Shown: positions 47,020 to 60,400 of the stretch, one piece after another
Numbering within the stretch: position 1 is the stretch's first letter
How the letters are laid out: every line of letters begins with the position of its first letter
From: Setoptus koraiensis
Lineage: Eukaryota > Animalia > Arthropoda
Length of the DNA: 64,000 nucleotides
Direction of reading: 5' to 3'
Assembly: GCA_048013815.1 (NCBI GenBank)
Contig: CM106586.1
Coordinates: 21,018,001-21,082,000, forward strand
Notes under the pieces: generated by a model
What the model saw: only the letters and a program-made list of their open reading frames with translations
What the model was told of the DNA's origin: nothing
Database searches by the model: none
Made by a program: the position numbers and the translations under genes

Positions 47020-50000
47020 ATATCATTAGGCTGCGCGCATCATTATGTGGTGGGGGGGGGGGAGCGGGGGCGCAGGCGAGTCACACAACGACGACGACGA
47101 CGACACCAATAAATCGCATAATGACAATGACTTCCGGTTGCACAAATCTCGCACATCGTCGGCCGGTCTGGCTGGCCGGCTCGCTGACTTGCCGGCCTGC
47201 CGGCTTGCTGACGGCCGGCGAGTGTTTGCGCTGACCGGTCCATCTCATAATGCGAGACTCGACTATCATATGAGACTCACGCGGCTATCGTGTTGCCATC
47301 AAGATCAATACTGTTGACATTAGCGTGATTGCGATTTCGTCTGGCCTCCGCCGGCGCCCACAAGCGATCCTCTCAGAGGGGGCCCCTCTGGCGCGTCTGG
47401 CGAGCGCGCCAAAGTGCGCTCAAGTATTCAAGTCCGGCGCTCATTTGTATGGCTTTGTGGGGCGCACGAAGGGCAGCAGCAGTATATGCTTATATCATTA
47501 TATCCGCCTGCCAGTATATCAGTGTATCCGTCAGTGTATCCGCCAGTATATCCGTGTGTCACAGTACATGGCAAATATCGCAGCAAGGCAGTTTGTGTGC
47601 TGCGCCGCGAGTGTAGTGACCAATGGCCAACAATGACACAATCAATTTGTCATCTATCAGCGCCAGCAGCTCGCCAAAGGTTTTCCGTCGGGCCGCCCGC
47701 ACAAATGCCGCCGCCCGCACAAGTGCCGAGAGCGGGCCCGCCAAAGATACAGATCGACCCGGTGCTGACAGTATGCAAATGAGGCTGGCTCTCGCACAAT
47801 CTGGCCACCGGTCATTGTCGATTGGCCGGCGTGTGTCGATGCCGATAAGCGCCATCTTGCTCACGTATCGGCGCACGTCTCGTGTGTCGGGCCGAACCCG
47901 GGCCGGCCCGGCCAACAAAAGCGGCCCAACAAAAGCGAGGATTGTCTTGCGTGCGCATATCAATATTAATTACACAATGCATCATGTGTAATCACCGCAC
48001 ACACACACACTTGTGACATATGTCACAAGTTGTGCGACTCAACAAACAGTTAATTGGTCAGTGTCAGATGCATAATTCATGGCCGTGTTATTGTTGCGCA
48101 ATCACACACTGGCCGCTCGCTTATCTCTGACAATATTGCTTGGGCCAATATTTGCGCTGGCCGGCCGCGCGTTTAGCAGCATCGGTCGTGTGTCTAGACT
48201 CTGGACAAACACACAAAATCACGCCAAATCACATGGTGAGGCCCCAGACTCTGGGGCCCAGAGTGAGGCCCCGAAGCGAGGCCCGAGAGCGCACAAGACG
48301 AGTGTTTGTGGTGCGACTGGCGCGCTATCAATTTGGTTGTCAGTTTGTGCCCGACAGCGCGTTGTTTGCCGGCTCGATTCGAGAGGCCCGACGTTTGTGT
48401 GCCGAGGCGATTATGCCGGCGCGGCCGTAATCGCAACATAAACTGTTACATGCGCCAGAAACGGGATCTATCCCATTATTTATGATTGGCCGGCGGTTAT
48501 CACGAGAGGCTGCTCATTATTAGCGGCTTGATTATTGTTATTACAGCAGCGGCAGCGGCGCCGTGTGACGTAATGTGTGATGTAATGTGATCATTATGAC
48601 ACGACATTGTTGTCACTGCTGACAACGGCAGCATGCATAGTGATTGTTGTTGTTGTTGTTGTTGTTGTCACACAATAACGGCAGCAATGCGCCGCCGTTG
48701 TCATTGTCAGTGGACGGTCAGTCGGTCGGCCGGCCTCATTCTGTTTGTTGTGCGACTTTTTATTTTCGCTCGCTCGCTGGCGCCCAGCGCCGCGCCCGCC
48801 GACACTGTGAGCCGATGGCACCGATCATCGGTGACCGATGGCAGCCTAATAAACTGACCGCCACGACCGAGCGCCGACTGGCTCAACTGGTCGACTGGTC
48901 AGCGGCGAGCCAGTGGCGACGGGGGCCAAAAGTGGCTCTAGTGGCGAGAGTGGCGAGCTTATCGGCGACTCCATCGGTGCGACTGATTCAGTCGATCGGA
49001 GGCTCGACGAGCGCAACACCTCGCCGGCGCGGCTGTTGACCGATGAGCTCATCCGCGGCCGGGTAGCAAACGGGCCCCAATGCGCGTTTGTTGCGGCTGC
49101 AAACACGGCCAGCCGGCAGCTCGACAAATCGCGCAAGCAAACAGCAAAAATGAGAGCGGCCAAGCGGGGGCCAAAACAGAAGAAACAATCCGCGCCGACC
49201 AGCACACAAAACAACGAAACAAAACAAAACAACATACGCAAACAACATATTGTTATATATTGTTTGCGAGACACACGAGATATATACGGCGCGTATAATA
49301 CGCGAGATGGGCCCAGATTAGCCCGCCGCTGGGCGTTGTGCCGGCCGAGTGGCACACTCTTTTGGGCTCCATTCTTTCTAGGCCATTAAATGGGGGCCGG
49401 CGCAATCAGGCGTGCACATGACACTGCCGATATGAGGCCAGCCGAGATTTGGCAAGACGGCCGGCCAGACGGTTGGCGCCACTGTTGGCGGGACCGTCGG
49501 CGGCCCGTTAGCCGGCCCGCTGGCTAGGTATGTGTGCTTTCGTCTGCTCGGCTTGTCTCGGCTCGTCTCGGCTCGTCTTGGCTGGCCGCAACTCGCCACT
49601 CGCCACTGTCGGCCCGCGCTCTGGGCCGCGCTCTTGGCAGCGAACGGCGCTGTCCGCGTGCATTACAGGGTCAAGTTTTCGCGGTGGCTAAATCGTTTCT
49701 GCTTCGTACACTCGCCGCCCATCACGGCGCCCATCATGCCGGCGCGGCGAGGCCGCATTAAATTGGATCGGCTCGCTGGCGTTTCGGGCGCGCTCATGTT
49801 TGGGGCGCGCTCATGCTCGGGCCCCACTCATGTTTCGGCTGACGCTTTGGCCGATATCTGGCAGTTGGCGGGCCGATGGCGGGCCGCCGGCCAGCACTAC
49901 CCACACAAGCCGGCCCGCACTCCCCACACACGCCGGCCCGCACTCCCCACACACGCCGGCCCGTGTGCCAGCTGGAGCATAACTGACGATGGGCGATTAT

Positions 50001-50649
50001 TGACGAGCAATGCATCATGGCAACGCCGGCGCCCATTTGCTGGTGTGCGCCAGTGCGCGAGCGTGCCAGCGCCCAGACACTGCGCTCACTCCAACAGAGT
50101 CCAACAAAATGGCCAAAATCACAGAGAAAATCTCGGTTTGTTTGTGACATTTGCTGGCCCCCCCGACCGGCTAATGGGTGTGCGTCTGACGTGCACCCGC
50201 TAGCTGGATCACATTAGCCGCTGTCGGGCGCGCTATACACGGCACAGTGCGGCCAATATGATAATATCCGTACATGTACCATTCACATTGCCGAGCTCTG
50301 AGCATGATGCTCGGCAGGCTCGGCGGGCTCGGCAAGCTCGGCGGGCTCGGCAGGCTGGGCAGGCCCGGCGCGGGCCCCGCGCCGACACGACACGTAACAT
50401 GGCGACGGTGGCTCGGCACATAATTGACTTGTCGCCAATTAACCCGCGCCCCGTGCGCTGTGGCGCATGCAAACAGTTGTCGATACCTATCTATAGACTA
50501 TAGATGAGTATCGCTCACATGGGACACTGTTCTCGCGGCGGCGGCGGCGGCCAATAATTGCGTCATCATTTTGGGCTGGCCAGCGCGACTCGTCTGCGGC
50601 CACATGCAGCCATCATTTTTGTGCGCCTCGTGTCGCGCGGACGTCGCTC

Positions 50650-50730
50650 GGGCACGGTGCGGACGTTGCGCGGGCACGGTGCGGACGTTGCGCGGACACG
50701 GTGCGGATATCGCGCGGATATCGTGCGGAC
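50650..50730. repeat. 22-bp tandem repeat GGGCACGGTGCGGACGTTGCGC x2 perfect plus degenerate copies
   Basis: Seen directly. Confidence 0.85.
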
Positions 50731-51743
50731 ACGAGACTCTCGTGGCGACAGGGCCAAAAATAGCCGCGTTATTCATGAGCCCGCCGGCCGAGACGAGATT
50801 GTTTGTTTGTGTGGCCGGGTTGTCGCCGTTTGGTCGCTTCGCGAGCGACTGGACACGGTCGCTGGCTGCACACGACACAGCCGCGCACTCTTGTGACAAG
50901 AGTCTTGTCAGATCGTGCGGGCCGCTTGCACACCGACGCTGCTTTGGCTACATTTGGCGACACAATTTGTCCGCCGCTTGACCGTCCACTTACGTAACGC
51001 CAACACTGTCATGTGTGCGCATTTGCACATGCTTATAAAGCCATCAAGCGGCAACACAATATCATGTATGTATAAGTGGCCGGCGCAGCTACATTGCGCC
51101 CAGGTGAGGGTATGTGAGTCACATAATGTGACCATTGTGAGGCTATGTGTCAGTATTTGTCGGTGCATGAGTCGTGTGCGATATCAAGGCACGATATCAT
51201 TATTATCATTTGACTCGCCTAAATCATTTGCGAGAGCCGGCCGACATGACGCAACGGCTGGCAGCGCCGTTACGTCATGTCGGCATTATTTACGTCATGC
51301 ATTGTGTGTTGTGCTGAGCGGTGCCAGTCAATTTATTTATAATTCTTGTTTGTAATTGTCGCGCAAGTTGCTTGTTTATCTCGTCGTGCATGCACCGTAC
51401 ACAGGCCACACTGTGCCAGCGTCAGACTGACTCCGACAACAGTTGTCAGTAGGCCTTTTCAGTAGGTAAACAGCAGATAAATCACGGCTCGGCTCGGGAG
51501 CCCAGCTCGCCGGCACGGCTCACTTGGTCACTTAGTCACTTGGCTCGCTCGCTGCGCAGCCAGCGCAAAGTGCAGCCAGTGTAAAGTGTGTGCACAATCG
51601 CACAGTGTCGCCGGACACAACTGGGCCGGAACTCGCAGAGCATGACAATTAACTTCTCATGGTCCAAATTATGAATTATGCCTACAACATTCACATTGGC
51701 GACATTCACATTGGCGACATTCGCAACATTCAACAACAACATT

Positions 51744-51828
51744 CAACAACAACGCTCAACAACAACGCTCAACAACAACGCTCAACAACAACGCTCAACA
51801 ACAACGCTCAACAACAACGCTCAACAAC
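51744..51828. repeat. 13-bp tandem repeat CAACAACAACGCT x6
   Basis: Seen directly. Confidence 0.92.
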
Positions 51829-52940
51829 TATATTTAACGCTGAACAACGTTACGCAACTACATGTGACATGTTGTGCAACGTTACACGCCGCTGTACAAT
51901 TATTAACATTGTTATTTGCATGATGCAGTGCGCTACATAACTGTGTCAACTGTCCCCATCTCGCCATTTATAATATCTGTTGTGCCCGTTATGTCTATTA
52001 CGTCTATTAGGGCCGGCGCGGCGCGGCGCGGCGATACCTGGGCTGCACCACTTGGCTGAGCCCGGCTCGAGCTGGCGCCGTCTCGAATGCTCGCTCAATT
52101 GTTGCCAACAATCGAGCCTCGTTGTTTAAGCTTATCAAGAAGCCAATTTCAACAAACAACAATTTGCAATCGCCGGCCACACAAATATCGGCGCTGAGAA
52201 CCAGCGGCCAGCATGCGTGTGTGTGTGTGTGTGTGCGGGCCTCCTCATATCTGTCATATCGCTGTCATTTTGCGCTGCCATTTCGAGCTGTCATTTTGAG
52301 CTGGCCGGCGCTCGACAGCCGTGAGACGAGTGAGAGCCGACAGCCGAGAGCTGGGAAAGAACAAACAATGATTATTGTATCAACTGGATCATTATCATTA
52401 GTTGCTGCTTTGTCAGCTCGAGCGCCGGCATCAGCTGCTGTCCGGTTGGCGCTGCCGTCGTTGTCGTTGTTGTCGTTGTTGTCGTTGTTGTCGTTGTCGC
52501 TGTTGTCGCTGTTGTCGTTGTTGTCGCTGTCGTCGCAACAAACGGCAACACTCACAAGTTGTGAGTCACAACTCATAGGTGGGCTGGCAACAAATCGAAA
52601 TCACTTTCCTGGCCAGTTTGCTCATTGCTCGGCTGTGTCTATTCTTTTGTTTCAGCTCACTTTTGTCACTGTTGTTCAACTCCAGTTGACAAACTATCAG
52701 CCGCGAGTGATACCGTTACTTTTCAAGTGCAGTTCACATGCGAGTGCACCGTTCACAACGTCACTCACAACGCCACTCACTACGCCCGAAAAGTGTCTCA
52801 TTGTCGCCGCCGCCGCCGAGAATCGCCAAGACCCGAATTCGCAGGCCGTTAGGCGCCCTTTGACCCCCTTTAGTGCCTGAAAATTAGTCGGGTCGCCCGT
52901 CGGTGGTTAGCCAGTGGCTCAGTGCGCATCACGAAAACAA

Positions 52941-53936
52941 ATGCCGCCAGATCTAGCTCGAAATAACAGCAACGTATTGTCGTCATCGGACACACAATCG
53001 ACACAGAATAACAATTTGCAACAACTTTGTTTTGTTTCGTCCATACCCGTATCGCACTCATCGACCATACATGCAATGGCGGCCTCATCACCGTCACAGG
53101 TAATGTCAACTGGCACTGTCAATGGCACTGTCAGCAACAGCAACAACAAATTCAAATTGAACAACAACAACAACAGCAAGGCCAAAGTTCAAAGTTTGCA
53201 TTATGCAACCGCCAAGCGATACAACCATCTGTCGGGCGCCGCGCTGAAAAATCACCACGATCTTGCCCCGAAGCAACAGCAGCCGCAACATCATCACTAT
53301 CAGCAAACGCGTCACCAGGATCTTTTACTCACCACAGCGGATATATCGGCCGCAATGACAGGCGCCTCGCACTCAAATCACAGCAACAACGACCAACAAC
53401 AGCCAACTAACATGCAGACACTAACAACACACACAACCACCACAACCACAAACAACAACAACCACCCAACACTGACGCACCAATTGTTCTCTGGCAAGAC
53501 CGGAATGAAACGTGTAAAAATTAGCATAATTCTATTGTCGCTATTGGATTTGTTCCTAACTGTGTTCATACACTTTTATTCTACCAATGATTTGCTCAAG
53601 ATTTGGTCGTATCAGTTTCGCTTCTCCACACTCAATCTCATTGTAAGCTCAGTATGGTTCGTTGTAATATGTGGCGCCATCTTATACGAAATATATTATC
53701 TGTTGGTCGTATCGAGTTGTGTCAATGTCATATCAATTATATTGCTACTGGTATTTACGCTGATACATTTCTCAATGCGAATAGACTTCAATCAGGTGCA
53801 ATATTTGCCATTTTTAGGCTTCCTGCTGGCCATAATAATATTGCATGCCTACATGATAACATTGGCCATACTAACAATATATCTGACCATGTGCATCAAC
53901 CGTTACAGAAGCAAGATAACAACCACCAAAATGTAA
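52941..53936 (+). CDS. Uncharacterised protein with a ~190-aa N/Q/T/H-rich N-terminus and four C-terminal hydrophobic segments, ~331 aa
   Basis: Open frame; the first ATG is at 52941, whereas the track starts at a GTG at 52914. Hydrophobic segments: ISIILLSLLDLFLTVFIHFY, LNLIVSSVWFVVICGAILY, LLVVSSCVNVISIILLLVFTLIHF and LPFLGFLLAIIILHAYMITLAILTIYLTMC. Confidence 0.75.
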   Translation: MPPDLARNNSNVLSSSDTQSTQNNNLQQLCFVSSIPVSHSSTIHAMAASSPSQVMSTGTVNGTVSNSNNKFKLNNNNNSKAKVQSLHYATAKRYNHLSGAALKNHHDLAPKQQQPQHHHYQQTRHQDLLLTTADISAAMTGASHSNHSNNDQQQPTNMQTLTTHTTTTTTNNNNHPTLTHQLFSGKTGMKRVKISIILLSLLDLFLTVFIHFYSTNDLLKIWSYQFRFSTLNLIVSSVWFVVICGAILYEIYYLLVVSSCVNVISIILLLVFTLIHFSMRIDFNQVQYLPFLGFLLAIIILHAYMITLAILTIYLTMCINRYRSKITTTKM

Positions 53937-54424
53937 TGTATCCCTCACACACCTGTATATCATTGACGTTTTATACGTTTTATACGTTTTATACGTATCA
54001 CCGCATTAGCTTACTGTAATTAAGCCAAAAAATTTTGCAATAAAAATGGGCCACATGACGCAACATATTGTAGCGGTCAAACACAAATGCGTTTTTTCAT
54101 TTGGAAAATTTACTTTATTTCGTTGTTCAATATTGTCTAATAGATCACAGTGGTTCAGTGCGGTGTTTCATTCAATCCCTTTCTTGCGCGCGACCTGCCC
54201 CCGTTGCATTGCTGCCCCATATGTTTCCGCTCGATCCGTTGACCAATTCATCCGTTACAGATGCTGTCTGGTCAAGATAATATTGGATGCAGTATGGACA
54301 TGTATTAATAACCGCAAAAGTTTAGTCCACAATTTAGGCTAAAATTCATTCGTCCAGCAATTAGGTAACACAGTAGTAGTGGTAGTAGTAGAAGTAGAGG
54401 TGAGGGCGGTGGTGTGGCGCGATA

Positions 54425-57400
54425 TCACAACGGAGTTGACTGTTGATTGACAACCAACTGACAAGCGTTAGCTCTGGGCGGCTTCACTGGCGGCGGTCCA
54501 CCACAATAAACAATAGTACATTTTTTGTTAATGTCTCCGTTATGATTGCCGGACACAACAGCGTTACCATCATCGAGTGACCTAGAGCAAACGGGCTCAG
54601 ATTTAGGGGGCGCCGGCATCGCACAATGCGACAACGACGTTGCGTCATCACTAACCAATGATACACTGGCGGCCTTGCCAGCTGATCCGTCTAAATCGTT
54701 CAGATTGTTTATGTTATCGTTTCTGAGTTGCTGGCCAGCAGCTGATTGGTCAGTATCAGCAGTGATGGTGGCATCGGGGTCGTGCTGCAAAATTGCTGCA
54801 GTTTCATTGGTTAGGGTTGAGGACAGGCTTCTACTTGGTTGCAGACCATCATCCTGACTGTCATCTGTTGACACGGGCGACACCGACGATGCTGCCAATG
54901 GATCGGATTTACTCGGACTGATAGTCATCGCATTTAAGCTCAAGTCCGAAACGCTCTCGCTCCACGAAATGGTCTTGGCATTTTTGTTGTTACTGGCCTC
55001 CGCTAGGATGTTGCTGTCGCCTTGTTGGCCTTGGTGGCGGTGGTGGTCGTCATGATCGTCATCATGGTCGTCGAAACTGCTGTCGTCGTCGTCGTCGCTA
55101 GTGGTGGCGATGATTCGGTCCTCATCGTCGTCTGTTGTATCGAGGGATGTCAATGACATTGTGTTGAGCACATCGCCTCTCTTTCCTATGTCATTGCTCT
55201 GCTTGTTTCCAGTGTCACCTTCACCCACAGTAAGCTGCTGTTCATGGCTGCCAATATCTGGCAATTGAAAGTGATTGCTGGTGCCGTTATCAGTATTGAT
55301 ACTGCTGCAAATAATGGCCGACATGGGTCTCCTAGTTTTCCTATTATTAATTAATTTATTTAATGAGCCTTCGTCGTTAGTTGTTGAATTGTCATTAATC
55401 TCACTTGATTGGTGGCGATGTGGTTGTTCTCTGGCCCGCACACTATTCAGTAGAGCTTCGTCGGGTCTCTTGGGCCTGTTGGGTGGTGGAACTAATCACG
55501 CACAATTGCATGATTGACATATTATCAAAAAACAGATAGACAGACAGATAAATAACAAAGTGGTTAGCAATCAATGGGTGATAGCGGTTTAATATTCAAG
55601 GCAAGGTGCCACAGCAAACGCATTGAGATATAAACGACTGGCAAGATTAGATTTGCCCGGTCGCTTGCTTAATTGGTTATGCTAAGATTTTGCGCTAATA
55701 GAGAGGGCGTCGAGAGCAGCGCAGCACTTGTTGATTGATTGCTGTCTGCACATATCCCAACACAATTAACGCACTTAGACAGTCAATTACTGTTAAAACG
55801 TTATAAATAATTATTTACGAATTGGTAGTGTGTCCCTTGAACTAGACACTAGCTTAGCTAGCTAGCGAAAATGGCTAGACCAAGCGAAAAACAATGAACT
55901 CCATTAACCTTGTGTTAGTGATAATCAATTGAACAACTTACCTGTGGGTCTGGTGACTGCGTTTGAGTGGGCGCCACCAGCGCTCTGTTTGCCGTTACTC
56001 TTTCCCATTGATAGTGTTGTTGTTGCTTCTATTCTTGAATCCAGTGCTGTGCCATTGTCGTCAGTGATGGTGGTTAGTGTCGTCGACGAACGGTTCGTGG
56101 CTCCAGATAGATGATCGTGATTGCTGCCATCGGCACTGCAAATAACGGTGGCCGGACGAACAGCGGGACTCCGGCCAGGGCACTGGCCTCCCGCTGGTGC
56201 TGCCGCCGCTGTTTGCATTGGCAACTGTTGTCTCGGCGTCTGAGGTGCTAACGGTTTCTGGCTTCTGCTTGGCTTCTGAACTGACCGTTGCTGCTTCTGC
56301 TGACCGCTGCTGTTCGCCTGAGCTGCTGTCATGTTTGCGCCAATGCTAGAGCCAGATGAGGCTGAACTGGACGAGCTTACCATTGACATGGAGGAGGGCG
56401 ACGGCGAGGGCGAAGAACAGGAATTGCTGCTGCTCGAAACTGACACCTGTTGCTGCTGATCGTGATTGGCCGGTTTGATGTTGTGGCCGGTGGTTGTGGC
56501 TTTGTTGTCTCTTTGTTGTTGTTGTTGTTGTTGTTGCTGCTTTGTTTGTTGTGCTATTGGTGTGTTATTACCACTATCGGTATCGGGAAAGAACCAATCG
56601 GCATAATAAATCAAATTGTCTATGATGGAAACATGTAGCGAGGTGCTCAAATTAACATTGGACATGGTCTCCACAGTTGGCTGATTAATATAGTCTCCCG
56701 TTGTCATGATTGCATTATCCATTGTATTGGCCGTGTGCTGTTTGTTGTTGTTGGTGCTGTTGTGGCCGTTGTTTGTTATGTGATTAGAGCCGTTAGTGGC
56801 CGTCATGGGAGTAAAGTTGCGCGTCCACAATAGCGACGGAGCCACTGCAATGGCCAGATTAGTGGACGACATCTTGTTTGTTTCGCTGTGACTAGTTATT
56901 TGTGACAAAAGTCTAATTAGGTGGCGCAAATTAACAAAGTTCACTTTGGGCAGTTGCTGACAACAGTGCCACAGTGCCTGCAATCTTAATTTAGTGTCGT
57001 TCACTTTGGCCGCCTCAAGCCATTGCTCGTTGAGTTGATAGGTGAGCAATGGTTCGGGTAATTCTCTCAAATGTAATTTAAGCACTGCGGCAATTGTGTG
57101 CGAATCAGTCAGAATTTGATCGTCTTGGCTGACAATATCCTTGATAAGTAGATCAACCATTGTTGTTGTTTGCTCTTGTGGTTGATTTGCATTTGCATGG
57201 CGCCTGTCGTTGTGTTGATTGTTGTGCAAACGGAGATCTGCATCAGAGGCCATGCTGACATGCCAGGCATCAATGGCATTCTTGAGCTTTTTCACCTTCA
57301 TAGAGCTGGCCGAAATCCTGAATAGGCCCTCTTCATTGAGGGCGTTTTTCATGAGAAGCATAACGCACAATTCGACAACAATAGACAATTCACGCCCTGT

Positions 57401-60400
57401 GACACGAAGATGCTCGCTTAGGCTTGTTCCGAATACAGGTTTCCTGGGAGTATTCTCTGTTTTGTTGCAGTGTTGTTGCGTTGCATTGCGTCATCATCAA
57501 TTGTTGGTAATGTGACATTATCCATAACGACAAGCGTGAAGATGGCCAACAGTAGAGACAGTTATCATCGATGAAAATATTCAAAAGGATAAATATTCAA
57601 AAAATAGAAAGAGATAAGTATTAATATAAAGTTGGCCAGAGTGTATATACAGAGAGAAAGAGCGACAAGGCCAAGTCGGCTAAACAACGGCCATTGGTGC
57701 CCTACTGTCGATCGAGACCGCATTGTTATTGTTGTGAATATACTGTAGACGAAATGGAAAATTGTGTTCAAGGTTGTAGGCTCGCCTTGGGCCAACAACA
57801 CAGTTGAGACGGGATAGCGTGATGCGCATAAGCAACATCGTATAATGTAATCGCGTATTGTGTGTTTATTGTCACTTCCAGCTTTCAACAACAATAGAGG
57901 GAGTGGGCGAGTGAATAATGATTATGTCATTTGAATAACAACAACACACTTGCTGTGGGCAATAAAAAGCACACGACAAAATGTTGTTGTTGTTGTTGTC
58001 GTTGTTGATAATTCTTTGTTCGATCACCGTTCGCTGGTCGTTGGCCAATGTCGGCCTGTCCGAGTCCGGCGTCGAGCTTTCCAACGAGCGTCGCGTTGAA
58101 TCCTTCATCGCAAAGTGTATGCCAGCCTCCCACCCGACACTTGTGTCAGACGTTTAGCTGCAGCGTTTATGATACGCTAGCAACAGGTGACTGACTGCTC
58201 GCCGGACAGCAACCTCACTCTATGCCAGCAAGCCAAACCAAATCGAAATGGATATGAGCAACACGGCATTTGGACCGGGATAGCTGTTGCACTTGGTCGG
58301 CAATGGCAAAGCTGTGGCGATTTGAGCGCAAGATAAACAAATATTACGCAACATACTCGTATCATCTCCATTAATCATGTCCGTTTGTGTGTGCGTCTGA
58401 TTATGATCTGTTTCTCTCGTTAGCTCACAATATTATTATCAAATATGATGATAAGCAACTCTGACTTTAACCTTAACTGTTCGGCAACAACTACACCAAC
58501 ACCGACACCAACACCAACAACAACAGGTGAGCTCGCAGTTGGCCCGGTCTGTCGTCCGGTGATGATGTGATTGCCATAGAAGAAGGCAGCGTCGTCGCTT
58601 TGTTGGTCGTGTTGTGTGACACACTGCAATTCGTTTCAAATGAAACGACGAAGAGTTTCCACTTGCTGTTGCTGTTGTTGTTCTTTGCGAACGCTCTCAT
58701 CGTGCTGCGCTGCTGCCTCTAATCTAATCCATGGGAAACAACCAAGAGCTTCCGCTCTCACAATAATAAACGATGATGATAACTTATCAGGTGAACACAC
58801 ACACACACACAAATGACCGCACACAACAACCAACTAACAAAACATTGTAAATATTCACTATCAGACATGGGTACACTAAAATTGTTATTATTACATAACA
58901 ACACAATGATTGTGTCATACAACAACGCATGCTGTGTCGGTTTAGTCTAGATTGTTTTGGATACTTACTTAGAAGATTATCTATCGTTGGCATGGACGAG
59001 CTTATGGCGAGGCCAGCCTGTTGGTGATAGTGTGCTTGAATCTGATAGAACTGCACAAATAAGTTGACCAATTCTTGCTCACGACTAATGAATCCAAATA
59101 GTTCCATTGCATAAGTGTCCTAACGATCGCCAATTAAATGGTGATTAATTTCAATTGGCACAAACCAGTCATAATTATAATAGGTTTGAGTGGATGATAA
59201 GATTAGTATCGATTAGTAAATTAGTAGGTAGTTATAAACGAAAGTGGAAGGAACGGACAACAGGCCAGAAGAGAAAACTGGCACTGGCAGTGGTAATGAT
59301 CGGCCATCGGCCCTAGATGAGCTTGCTATCAAACATGGCTATTTATGAATATATATGGGGGCTATCACTTGCAATAATACATGTGTGTATATTTAGTTAG
59401 TTGTTGCAGCCGATAGAAACTAGACTGTGTGTTTATTGATCTTGTTGACTTTTATTTAGTTATTCATTGAGCCGAGTCGGAAAGCATCACTAGGTCAGAC
59501 GACAAACATACACACGTAGAGCTGTTGCTCATGGAATTGCCAGCATTATTCAAGGTATTAGAGACATTATTGACATAAGAAGCAGGTGATCCAAAAATAA
59601 TAAGCCGTGGGCAATTTGTACAAGCAACAATATAAACAATAACTGATAAATAAGCCGTAGTAGTATGATGTTGCAGTGTTAATTCTATTGAACGACTTGT
59701 ATCTAAGGTCCCCTTTCTTACTACCTCTAGATTAATTAAATGACTCTATAGAGTTATCAAGTCACACTGTGAATTGAAGCGGGCATGACAAGACACACGG
59801 CAAGCTTGCCTGTCATCGTGATGCCAACATTTGTGTCTTTGTGATACTCATGCTGCTAATGACAACAATAACAACGGACTCTCGTCATTAGAACAAGAGA
59901 GAAGGCTCGCCAATTGTCGATGGAACGCTCGGTTGTTCGGACAGACAAAACAAGACAATGAGCTCGTTCTCTCGTTGTTGTTGCTGCGATAATCATGGCC
60001 TGACAGACAGATAGACAGACAGGGATAGGGACAGGGATAGGGAAAGGGAGGCATAGAGAGAGAGTGAGTGAACCACTCTTACCTGTAGGATGGCACTCGA
60101 AGATAGAGAAGAGAGACTGACAGAGACAGGAGAGAGACAGATTAACATACTAAACTAAATCTCGACTTATAAATATTCAAAAACAGCATCATAACAACTC
60201 TCACTAAAAACATCTAGCATCAATAAACAGCACCGGGCGATGTTTATGTTGGGATAAATCAATTGAATTGAACAACAACAAAAACAGCGAGAGATGAGTC
60301 TATTTCTCCATCACATAACTATGGGCTCTCTCACTCTCCATTTCTACTTATCATGAAAGTAGAAGTAGAGAAACAGTAATTATAATGGACACGCTCACGC

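Noticed and set aside
26400-52900. The hundreds of 60-250-aa ORFs in the GC block, including long antisense ORFs such as 33796-34476 and 52122-52880
   Set aside because: These are expected from high GC, microsatellites and antisense frames of the CNG exons. No domains were recognised and many start at GTG/TTG.
26400-52900. Bacterial contamination or horizontal transfer as the source of the GC block
   Set aside because: It contains a spliced arthropod-type CNG gene and the same AAC microsatellites as the flanks, and there are no operon-like ORFs.
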